A stretch of 18,387 nucleotides of DNA from a bacterium (GCA_046758365.1 JBHIAC010000054.1:1-18387), one strand, 5' to 3'. Positions 1-7,634 are shown, numbered from the stretch's first letter. The notes: generated from the sequence alone by a model not told the origin. Translations and numbers: made by a program.

Positions 1-5
1 TTGGG

Positions 6-35
6 ACTATTCACTATTTACTTTTCACTATTCAC
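6..35. repeat. Degenerate 7-bp tandem repeat (ACTATTC x ~4)
   Basis: ACTATTC ACTATTT ACTTTTC ACTATTC AC read directly at 6-35. Confidence 0.75.
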
Positions 36-234
36 CTGCGCTTTAGCGCGCTAAGTCTTGCCATTGATTAGCTATTTTGACATGGTTCGGTTTTGGGGGA
101 AACAATCCCAGGTTCATGCATTCCGTAAGGGATTACGTGATTAGCCGAGCACGAGGGTGACAAATCCTTTGCGAGCAGAAGTCAATTCCATGTTTCTCTT
201 TATTTGCTTTACTTTTATTTTCATCAAATTCAAA

Positions 235-1407
235 TTATAGAGATTTTTCTGCTATTTCCTTTTCATTCTGATTTTTAAGATTCAAATTTTTTGTTGATGA
301 AACGTTCATGCCATGCCAGACCACACAATTTCGGCCTAAAGATTTTGCAGTAAACAGAGCTTCATCTGCATATTGAATTAATTTTTGTGGATTCGCTGAA
401 TCTTCAGGATAAACCGCCAAACCTGAGGAGATCGTAATTTTTCCTTGGGGCTGAGATTCTTCATTATCGAAAGGGGTATTTTCTATCTTTCGACGGAGTT
501 TGTTGGCAACTTTCTTAGATTGATTTTTAGAAATCTCAGGTAATAAAATTACAAACTCTTCTCCTCCAAAACGAGCAAGAATATCAGCTTTTCTAAGATT
601 GCTTTCCAATATAAATGCAATCTTTTTTAGCACTTCGTCACCCATAATGTGGCCGTTAAGATCATTATAAATTTTAAAATGATCGATATCCAACATTATC
701 ACCGATAGGGTATGATGATAACGTTTTGACCTTTGTAATTCTCTTTCAAATCTTTGATTAAAATAGCGCCGATTAAAAATCCCGGTTAACTCATCCGTAA
801 TTGAAAGCTCTTTAGTATGTTCATACAGTAAAATATTATTCAAGGTAAAGGCTAATTGTTCAGATATTTTATTGAACATTTCTACATCTTGGGAGTCGAA
901 CGCATTGGCTCCTTTTCGATATAGATTCAGCACCCCTAAGACCGTGTCACTATTACAAATTAGTGGAAGGCTTAGAAACGACCCCTTTTCTTTTTCAATA
1001 CCTGGATGCAAAATAAGATTAATTTTATCTTTTGATGTGTTTTTTATATAAATACTCTTTTTGGTCTCAATTGCTTGTCTAAAGATTGAATCTGTTTTTA
1101 AGAAATTATTTGTTTTAGTCCACTCAATTGGAAGGCCATGAAAACTTTTAATGGAAAGTGAATTAGAATTCTTTTCAATGATCATCAAAGAAAATTGTTC
1201 CATTTGAAATAATTGCGTAAAGATGCTTTTGACAAAAGTATTTAATTCTTCGAATTTCATAATAGCGCCGAGCGTGGAGGTAATTGAATAGAGGGCATCT
1301 ACCTGGGCAAGGCGCTGCTTTAATTTTTTATTAGCGTTCTCGATTTCAATAAATTTTTTTTGAAGCACCTTTAGCTGTTTCTGTAAGGTATTGATTTCGT
1401 TGGTCAT
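235..1407 (-). CDS. GAF-domain sensor diguanylate cyclase (coiled coil-GAF-GGDEF)
   Basis: TDELTGIFNRR, MLDIDHFKIYND, GH.MGD, intact ARFGGEEF A-site, RKAD (RxxD) I-site, ADEALF..K..GRN; GAF-like SFLSLPL..VLGVLNL; N-terminal heptad coiled coil. Confidence 0.95.
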   Translation of the reverse strand: MTNEINTLQKQLKVLQKKFIEIENANKKLKQRLAQVDALYSITSTLGAIMKFEELNTFVKSIFTQLFQMEQFSLMIIEKNSNSLSIKSFHGLPIEWTKTNNFLKTDSIFRQAIETKKSIYIKNTSKDKINLILHPGIEKEKGSFLSLPLICNSDTVLGVLNLYRKGANAFDSQDVEMFNKISEQLAFTLNNILLYEHTKELSITDELTGIFNRRYFNQRFERELQRSKRYHHTLSVIMLDIDHFKIYNDLNGHIMGDEVLKKIAFILESNLRKADILARFGGEEFVILLPEISKNQSKKVANKLRRKIENTPFDNEESQPQGKITISSGLAVYPEDSANPQKLIQYADEALFTAKSLGRNCVVWHGMNVSSTKNLNLKNQNEKEIAEKSL

Positions 1408-1447
1408 GGCTTGGTTATATCAATTGATTCGAATTTTTAGCTGGAAT

Positions 1448-2044
1448 TTATTTTAATTTTTGAATCGGCTTACTGACGGATAGTTCTTGATGATTAAAGT
1501 CTGCCATAGCAGTTACATACTTGATCATGACATTGTATTTTTTTTCCAAGGATTCAGCGGCATTTACCCTGATTCTAAAATTGTACAAATGTGCTTTTTC
1601 TTTACTGTCTATACAGACTTTTAAAGGCGCGCCACTCAACTGGAAAAGCGTAATACATAGAAGGTCCAAACCTAAGTTAAAATCTAATGCCAAATCATAA
1701 GACAAATTATTAAAATGCCGATTAATAGAGCTTTTAGGTAAACCTAAGAAATTGAAATCTTTGGACGAGTATGGTAAAATATTCACCTTGAGTCGGTTTT
1801 GAATTAAGTCTACTGTTTCGAGTTTAGTAATAACGGTAATTTTCCAGTTCACGCTTTTTTTTCTGAGACTTTCTAAGGTTTTTAGCGCAGCAGCAAAAGG
1901 TACAATTTTGTTGGGCATGTAAATTAATATCCTCTGTACCTTTGCTAAATGCTCGTTAATATTTATGGATGGATTTTTACCAAAAAAGCGAAATTTGAGG
2001 ATAAGAAACCTCACAATTAACTTTGTAGAAATTATTTTTATCAT
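1448..2044 (-). CDS. Hypothetical protein resembling the N-terminal Rossmann half of glycosyltransferase family 9
   Basis: 198-aa ORF; RILIYMP...LESLRK..WKITVIT, YDLALDF and LSGAPLKV echo GT9 heptosyltransferase N-domain patterns; lacks the GD motif and the C-terminal domain. Confidence 0.55.
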   Translation of the reverse strand: MIKIISTKLIVRFLILKFRFFGKNPSININEHLAKVQRILIYMPNKIVPFAAALKTLESLRKKSVNWKITVITKLETVDLIQNRLKVNILPYSSKDFNFLGLPKSSINRHFNNLSYDLALDFNLGLDLLCITLFQLSGAPLKVCIDSKEKAHLYNFRIRVNAAESLEKKYNVMIKYVTAMADFNHQELSVSKPIQKLK

Positions 2045-2083
2045 AATTTACAGATAGAAGATTAGTGTGTGTGATTTTATTTA

Positions 2084-2113
2084 AATATAAGAAAATTACT
2101 ACTACGTAGTCAA
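2084..2113 (-). promoter_or_regulatory. Candidate sigma70-type promoter for the 198-aa ORF and the DGC
   Basis: Minus strand TTGACT (2113-2108), 18-nt spacer, TATATT (2089-2084), 40 nt upstream of the ATG at 2044. Confidence 0.5.
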
Positions 2114-2129
2114 TAAGAAAATTATTCAA

Positions 2130-4145
2130 TTACATTTTCATTTCTAACTGTAATCCATACCTTCTGTCCAGGTTACCATCGATTTGGTCAGGGCCTGTGC
2201 CGATGACGGATACATCATCGCGGTAGGTTTCAGAATATTTGAGGGATATTTGCCAGTTTTTTAGAGGTTTATATTTAATTAAAAAATACCACCGATTTCC
2301 CCTGCCAAATAAGGCGCGATTGGTTACCAAGCCAGTTAAATCGTTCTCATATTGAAAAATCCTTGAATTAAATGAGTCAGTGTCAAAATAAGTGAGCCGA
2401 GCAAAAAGTCGAACATTGCTTTTGGGCTGAATTCTTAATTCCTGGTATAATAAAATGCCATTCTCTTCGACTTTATTATCCTTTTGAGGAAATCTATTTT
2501 GAATAAACCTAACAAATTCAAAGCGACCTCTCAAATGGACTCGAGATGAAACGCGATAATCAAGTTGTAATCGCCATTGTGATTTTCGCTCTTCTACGAA
2601 CTCCTGCTTGTTTCTGTTAAAAGCATCTTTAAAAGTTTCTGTTTCAAGTTCATATTTTTCTCGAAATCGAAATATAATTTGGATCTGTCTACCAAATTTT
2701 TGTTCAATTTGGCTGAAAAATTCCTTACCGTCTACAGGTAAAGGTTTGAAAAATGTTCTCCAAGGATGAGTAAAAATGTCGTAATAAGCACGGAGTTTTG
2801 TAGTAGGTGTAATTTTATAAAAAATACCCGTATAATATCCTTTCTCATTTTGAGTGGTTCCGTTATTATCACCAAATCCAAAGCTATGAAAGTTGTGAAA
2901 ATTCCTTTGATAATTACGATATAGTAAGGCTATTTGAATGGATGAAAAATTAAGTAACGAGCCTACGATTACTGCTTTTCCTCCACTTTTTGACTGAGCA
3001 GCCTCTCCAAATAATTTAAAATTTTTCATAGACCAATCCCAGTCTAATCCCCATACATAATTTTCTTTACCGCGGAATTTAAATCGGTTCCTGGTTAAAT
3101 CTGGATTGTTAAACAATTTATCAAAAGAAGAAATATAAAACGTTGCGCCAATAGAAAAAACTCTTGAATTTTTATACTTTATTCTTCCACCTAATATAGA
3201 TTCTTTTACAAGGTCTTTTTTATCACTTTCCTTTTCATTTCTGTGAAAACCGGTATTATAAATTCCAGAAACTTCTTCATCTGAAACGGGGGTCGCGTCT
3301 AACTTTGATTGGGAGGCAAAGGAGATGAATTGGAAAGGCCCCCAGTTCAGAGAAACGGTTCCTCCCCAAAATGCAGCGTTTTCATCAACGGTTAGGTAAC
3401 CTCTGAGCCCTTGCCCTCTTTTTTTTATTGGGTAAACAGTATCTGCACTTTTGTAAAATCCATACGGTCCCCACATAACTAACCCTTGGCCAATTTCTAA
3501 TTGATAGTGACCGATCAATAGGAAAATATTTTTGGTTAAATCCAATGAAATGTAGTAAAGTCTTAAGTCATCCCATCGACTTTCACCGCTGTCTTTTTCT
3601 AAAAGAAATCCACCTTGAATTTTCTCTCTAAGCGTAAACTTAAGTCTGTGGTAAATTTTTTGAGATGAACTTTCATAAGTCCCATTTTCAAATCCTTGGG
3701 GTCTGTCGATTCTGTCAGATAATCTTGATCTCCAATTTAACTTAGTTGTCTTTAAAAAAGGAAGCTTTGGATTTGGTACCATTACGAATTCTCGAATGGA
3801 GTTATAAGCTTCTCTATCCATGCCTGGGACCATAAGCAGCTCCTCAATCGACGCGAAAGGACCATTTTGCTTACGATATCGTATTATTTCTTGCCGTAAA
3901 TTTGATGTTAATCCCGGAATTACCTCAAGTTGTTCTACTTCGGCTTCATTGATATTGATGGGGTTATTCCTAAGGTTGGAAAGGATTTCAAAAAGTTCCG
4001 ATTGGTCTGAGCTTTCTGCTTGCTCTTCTAAAAGTTTTTCTTCAATGGTTTCTTGACAGAAAAGCAAGGAAGGGTTAAATAAAACTAAGATTGTCAAAAT
4101 GGGGAACTTTAAGATTGTTTTATTTAAATGAAAATAGATATTCAC
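2130..4145 (-). CDS. ComEA-like helix-hairpin-helix protein fused to a predicted outer-membrane beta-barrel
   Basis: Signal peptide ending LFC-Q; NPININEAEVEQLEVIPGL...YRKQNGPFASIEELLMVPGM (two HhH motifs); long amphipathic beta-strand region; C-terminal YGLQLEMKM beta-signal-like strand; GTG start. Confidence 0.85.
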   Translation of the reverse strand: MNIYFHLNKTILKFPILTILVLFNPSLLFCQETIEEKLLEEQAESSDQSELFEILSNLRNNPININEAEVEQLEVIPGLTSNLRQEIIRYRKQNGPFASIEELLMVPGMDREAYNSIREFVMVPNPKLPFLKTTKLNWRSRLSDRIDRPQGFENGTYESSSQKIYHRLKFTLREKIQGGFLLEKDSGESRWDDLRLYYISLDLTKNIFLLIGHYQLEIGQGLVMWGPYGFYKSADTVYPIKKRGQGLRGYLTVDENAAFWGGTVSLNWGPFQFISFASQSKLDATPVSDEEVSGIYNTGFHRNEKESDKKDLVKESILGGRIKYKNSRVFSIGATFYISSFDKLFNNPDLTRNRFKFRGKENYVWGLDWDWSMKNFKLFGEAAQSKSGGKAVIVGSLLNFSSIQIALLYRNYQRNFHNFHSFGFGDNNGTTQNEKGYYTGIFYKITPTTKLRAYYDIFTHPWRTFFKPLPVDGKEFFSQIEQKFGRQIQIIFRFREKYELETETFKDAFNRNKQEFVEERKSQWRLQLDYRVSSRVHLRGRFEFVRFIQNRFPQKDNKVEENGILLYQELRIQPKSNVRLFARLTYFDTDSFNSRIFQYENDLTGLVTNRALFGRGNRWYFLIKYKPLKNWQISLKYSETYRDDVSVIGTGPDQIDGNLDRRYGLQLEMKM

Positions 4146-4169
4146 GGGAATGAATTATTTATTTATGTT

Positions 4170-4346
4170 TTAACCAAAGGTTATTTTATCTCTAATTATT
4201 TCTACTTTTTTAGCTCCGATGCCTGGAAGAGTTATTAGCTCATCCACGCTGGCTGAATTGATCTCTATTTTTTTCGAAGTGGTATTAGAAGGCTTTTGTA
4301 AAATTGTCTCTGGCTTTTCATTTTGTGGTTTTGGCTCCTTAGCCAT
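4170..4346 (-). CDS. Small ComEA-like single-HhH ORF (58 aa; possibly a detached C-terminal domain or pseudogene), absent from the ORF track
   Basis: Manual translation MAKEPKPQNEKPETILQKPSNTTSKKIEINSASVDELITLPGIGAKKVEIIRDKITFG*; INSAS..EL..LPGIG is the ComEA HhH signature; same frame as the upstream 4377..5261 ORF. Confidence 0.7.
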   Translation of the reverse strand: MAKEPKPQNEKPETILQKPSNTTSKKIEINSASVDELITLPGIGAKKVEIIRDKITFG

Positions 4347-4376
4347 TTTTTTAACAATTGGGTTTTCCTTTAATGA

Positions 4377-5261
4377 TTATTTTTTCTGTTTTTCACCCAA
4401 ATGAATAGAAATTGAAATCTGGTGAGTCAGTCCTAACTCGTTGTGTGTAAAAAATGCATAATCTACATAGAAAGCTTTCACACGTACGCCAAACCCTGCC
4501 GAGAACCGACTGGGATTGTCTGCAGTGCCTGTTCGCAAAGCTAAATTATCTAATGGTTTAAATTCTGCGCCAAATCTTACTTCTTGAGGAAACCGAACAT
4601 CTTTGAAGATTTCGAAATTTAGAATGAGCTTTGAACTTGGTTGAACTGAGATACCAGTCGTAAAACTTTGCGTTAAATTTTCCTTGGACTGGCTGATGCT
4701 GGGTCTATTAATATTTCGAGTAAGAACCCCCCATTTTAGTCGAGAGGTAATCGGTACCACAAGGCCAAGGTCTAATCCCAGGGTGCCTGTGAAGCCATAC
4801 CCATCAATCCGAATGGTTTGATATCTTAAACTTACACCGTAAAAAATTTTTTGTTGATATGTATGACTGTAGGCCAGGACAAACATCTGTTCGCGAAGGA
4901 TACTATTTCCAAAAGTTGAAATTCCAAAACTAATGCGGTGACTCCAAATGGGTAAACTAACCGCTGCTGAACCAAAGTTGAGATCCTCTAAGCCAAATGG
5001 CTTTTGATAAAAAAGTGAAATTTCAGTTCCTGAGATTTGGCTTAATCCACCTGGATTTAAAAACAACGCATCAGATGTGTTGGCTAATGCTACATAGGAT
5101 GCCCCCATGGCTAGTGCTCTGGCGCCAACTGGCATCTCCTCCAAACCTGCTAAAATTTTGTGGTTTAAGATTAAATTAACGCCAAAAGTAATTAATAGAC
5201 AAATCGAAAGACTTTTAATGCTTAGCTTTAGGCGCTTACTAATTATTCTCTTGACAATCAC
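4377..5261 (-). CDS. PorV/PorQ-like (FadL-related) outer-membrane beta-barrel protein
   Basis: GARALAMGASYVALANTSDALFLNPGGL is the N-terminal motif of PorV/PorQ/FadL-like barrels; DLG, LALRTG, FSAGFG, VDYAF and LGLTHQISI strands; hydrophobic N-terminal signal. Exact start uncertain. Confidence 0.8.
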   Translation of the reverse strand: MIVKRIISKRLKLSIKSLSICLLITFGVNLILNHKILAGLEEMPVGARALAMGASYVALANTSDALFLNPGGLSQISGTEISLFYQKPFGLEDLNFGSAAVSLPIWSHRISFGISTFGNSILREQMFVLAYSHTYQQKIFYGVSLRYQTIRIDGYGFTGTLGLDLGLVVPITSRLKWGVLTRNINRPSISQSKENLTQSFTTGISVQPSSKLILNFEIFKDVRFPQEVRFGAEFKPLDNLALRTGTADNPSRFSAGFGVRVKAFYVDYAFFTHNELGLTHQISISIHLGEKQKK

Positions 5262-5280
5262 TATTTTAATTCCCTATATT
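5251..5280 (+). promoter_or_regulatory. Candidate sigma70-type promoter for the DUF4835-like gene
   Basis: TTGACA (5251-5256), 18-nt spacer, TATATT (5275-5280); GGGAGG SD before the GTG at 5342. Confidence 0.45.
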
Positions 5281-5341
5281 TTTTTAATAATATAATTTCA
5301 GTAGGATTAACTGATAAATAACTGTTCGGGAGGGATGAAAC

Positions 5342-6244
5342 GTGATTCACAATAAACTTCCTGATTTACTAAGAAAGATTTTATCTTATTTTTTAATATT
5401 TATAGAGTTAACTGCTTTTCTCACAGCCTTTCTGTTATATTCTCCCTCTTTGATTGCCGGTCAGATTAAGGCCAATGTGAATGTAATCATTGATAAGCTT
5501 CCTCTGGACAAACAGCAGAAATTGAAAGATTTTCATACCAACGTAAAAAATTATATTGAAAACGTTGATTGGCTTGAAGAAGCTGATGTTCTTCCAATTG
5601 AGATTTCCCTTCAAATGTTTTTAACCGATATCCCTTCAAATATTGAGGATCGCTATAAATGCGAATTTCTTATTTCGAGTTCAGATGTTCAATACTTTGA
5701 CAAACGAGTACGATTTCCTTATCAACCTGGTGATCCTTTAGTTTATAATGAACAAACTATTGAGCCATTAACTGGTGTTATTGACTTCTACATTAATATA
5801 ATTTTGGGCAATGAATTGGATAAAGAAAGTTTTTTAGGGGGAGACATTTATTACAAAAGGGCTCTGAACATCGCTGCTCTTGGTAAATTTGTCCGAACCG
5901 AATTTATTATTGGCTGGACTGAACGCGAAGAATTAATTCAAAGGGTGTTTGAAGAGCCCTTTCTCACTTTTCGAAAAATGAAAGATTTCTATTTTTACGC
6001 TCTTTACATCAGAAAAGAAAACATTGCAGAGGCCCGCAAACATCTAAAAACCGCTTTGAATATGATTGAAACTGTCATGAAAAAACAGTCGAATTTAGAA
6101 GAACCAAAACAGTTTTTAAATGCCCATTATTTAGATTTATTAGAAATTTTTAAAGATGATAGTGAAAAGAGCGAGGTGTTCAAAAAATTAAAAGAACTGG
6201 ATCCAGAGCACAAGGAGCTGTACGAGGAGCATATCAGTGATTAA
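5342..6244 (+). CDS. DUF4835-family-like exported protein
   Basis: Signal/TM N-terminus; QIKANVNV, YIENVDW and PLTGVIDFYINIILGNELD..SFLGGDIYYKRALNIA...GW match my recollection of the DUF4835 pattern. Confidence 0.7.
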   Translation: MIHNKLPDLLRKILSYFLIFIELTAFLTAFLLYSPSLIAGQIKANVNVIIDKLPLDKQQKLKDFHTNVKNYIENVDWLEEADVLPIEISLQMFLTDIPSNIEDRYKCEFLISSSDVQYFDKRVRFPYQPGDPLVYNEQTIEPLTGVIDFYINIILGNELDKESFLGGDIYYKRALNIAALGKFVRTEFIIGWTEREELIQRVFEEPFLTFRKMKDFYFYALYIRKENIAEARKHLKTALNMIETVMKKQSNLEEPKQFLNAHYLDLLEIFKDDSEKSEVFKKLKELDPEHKELYEEHISD

Positions 6245-6334
6245 TAGCCCAATATTTATTTAGTGAGATAGTAATAATTTTTAGAAAAGAAGTCAAGCTA
6301 TTTTTGTGATTTTTGCAGATTAATTGGCTTTTGG

Positions 6335-6982
6335 ATGCCGTATTTAGAAATCGCTCCAACAGCCTCGATAGGAGGTATGCTTACTTATAAAATGGAGATG
6401 CCATTGGAAAGAGAACCCACAGACATTGTAGTTGGAGCAATAAATTATGAAAAACTTGAAATAGATACTCTAAAAGAACATTTTACTACTTTTAAACTTA
6501 TCTTTTATTTTTGGTCTCTTTTAGCTGCTATTGTTGTAGGAATAGTGATTGTTTTTCTTACTCAAGATGGACTGCAGGGCATTTCAGACATGATGCAAAA
6601 ACATCCTCTAGCCGGCACCTTTTTGGGTATTGGATTTTTAGTCCTCGGGCCTATCGCTATTTTGATTTCTATTTTACTTATTTTCACCATTCCTTTAGGG
6701 GCTCTTTTTCTAGTCTTTTATTTGATGGCTCTTTATATTAGCAGAATATTTGCTGGATCATTCTTGGGACGTTTGATTTTAAACTCCTTAGGGGATGGTA
6801 AATCCTCTCCTTATTGGGAAATGATTTTGGGTGTGTTTGTCATTTACGTATTTATTACTCTACCAGCGGTAGGTAAATATTTTCACATTATTTTTGTAAT
6901 TCTAGGATTGGGCGTCATGGCATTTGGAATTCAGCGGCTTCTGAGTACAAATAAAGAAAAAGTTGTCGTTGGCTTGGAATAG
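6335..6982 (+). CDS. Multi-pass membrane protein, probably the C-terminal fragment of a bactofilin-like beta-helix + TM protein
   Basis: Begins with LEIAPTASIGGMLTY (a single beta-helix-like turn) followed by about 5 hydrophobic helices (incl. IFTIPLG); no evident SD or signal peptide. Confidence 0.55.
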   Translation: MPYLEIAPTASIGGMLTYKMEMPLEREPTDIVVGAINYEKLEIDTLKEHFTTFKLIFYFWSLLAAIVVGIVIVFLTQDGLQGISDMMQKHPLAGTFLGIGFLVLGPIAILISILLIFTIPLGALFLVFYLMALYISRIFAGSFLGRLILNSLGDGKSSPYWEMILGVFVIYVFITLPAVGKYFHIIFVILGLGVMAFGIQRLLSTNKEKVVVGLE

Positions 6983-7061
6983 CTGCTGTGAACTTTTGAA
7001 GTTGTAAAAATAGCGTCTGCTACCCGTTTAATTGCAAACCTGAATAATTTATAACCACAAA

Positions 7062-7140
7062 GCTTTTCCATCCGTTGGCTTTAGTTGGAATTCTTGGCTA
7101 TTGCGTTAATTGAATTGCGGATTCGCCGCACTAGGAATGA
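7062..7140 (+). repeat. 79-bp repeat, left copy (inverted partner at 17331-17512)
   Basis: GCTTTTCCATCCGTTGGCTTTAGTTGGAATTC...GCGGATTCGCCGCACTAGGAATGA is the reverse complement of 17331-17340 + 17444-17512 with 5 mismatches. Confidence 0.95.
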
Positions 7141-7222
7141 TAGAATAATCGATCGAATTCGAAGCATGCAGGAGCAATTCCCTAACCATAACTGAGATTT
7201 TACAAAAAAGTTAATTTTTCCC

Positions 7223-7253
7223 TTGACATTTGTGAATTTGTTTTTTAAATTTG
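7223..7253 (+). promoter_or_regulatory. Promoter of the ilv-leu operon/leader
   Basis: TTGACA (7223-7228), 17-nt spacer, TAAATT (7246-7251); TAAATTTG also fits the Bacteroidota TAnnTTTG -7 element. Confidence 0.7.
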
Positions 7254-7278
7254 CGGCCAATATTTTGAATAATTAAAA

Positions 7279-7404
7279 ATGAGAATTAATCCATTTACAA
7301 TTTCATCTGGTTTTTATCTGCAAAGGAATATACGAATTGTCGATTTGATTATATTATTTTTAATTATTCTCCTTCCTTTTATTTTAGGAATGATCATAAA
7401 CTAA
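7279..7404 (+). CDS. Putative Ile/Leu/Val-rich leader peptide (41 aa), absent from the ORF track
   Basis: MRINPFTISSGFYLQRNIRIVDLIILFLIILLPFILGMIIN*; 11 Ile, 7 Leu, 1 Val; directly after the promoter and overlapping the first leader stem. Confidence 0.65.
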   Translation: MRINPFTISSGFYLQRNIRIVDLIILFLIILLPFILGMIIN

Positions 7405-7634
7405 AATCGAGTTTAGAAGTCATTCCTACAATCATAAGTCCTTGAAAAGTTTTCCAAACTAACAATCTCGATTACAAATAAAAGTAGGTTTGACTTCTTA
7501 AGATAAGTGCACTCTTAGGGGGTGAGAAAAAATAAAATACCGTTACTTAATCTATTAACTATTTGTTTTTTGTGATCTCATTCAGATGCAAATTGCTAAT
7601 TTATTTCTTCTCACCCCCTTAAGGCTTCGGAGTG
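7385..7634 (+). promoter_or_regulatory. Structured 5' leader (attenuator-like alternative stems)
   Basis: 7385-7393 pairs with 7420-7428 (9/9); alternatively 7415-7429 pairs with 7484-7498 (13/15); 7517-7536 pairs with 7600-7619 (19/20), extended by CACTC 7510-7514/GAGTG 7630-7634. Confidence 0.7.

Noticed and set aside
56..191. Possible ncRNA (6S or c-di-GMP riboswitch) or 16-aa minus-strand ORF downstream of the DGC
   Set aside because: No recognisable consensus or convincing long stem by eye; an Rfam scan would be needed.
3820..5295. Plus-strand short ORFs 3820..4056, 4219..4404, 4997..5179 and 5107..5295
   Set aside because: They overlap minus-strand genes; 4219..4404 is the shadow of the HhH mini-ORF.
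7385..7393. TAGGAATGA identical to the inner end of the 79-bp repeat (7132-7140)
   Set aside because: A 9-nt AT-rich match, and the repeat lies upstream of the promoter; probably coincidence.
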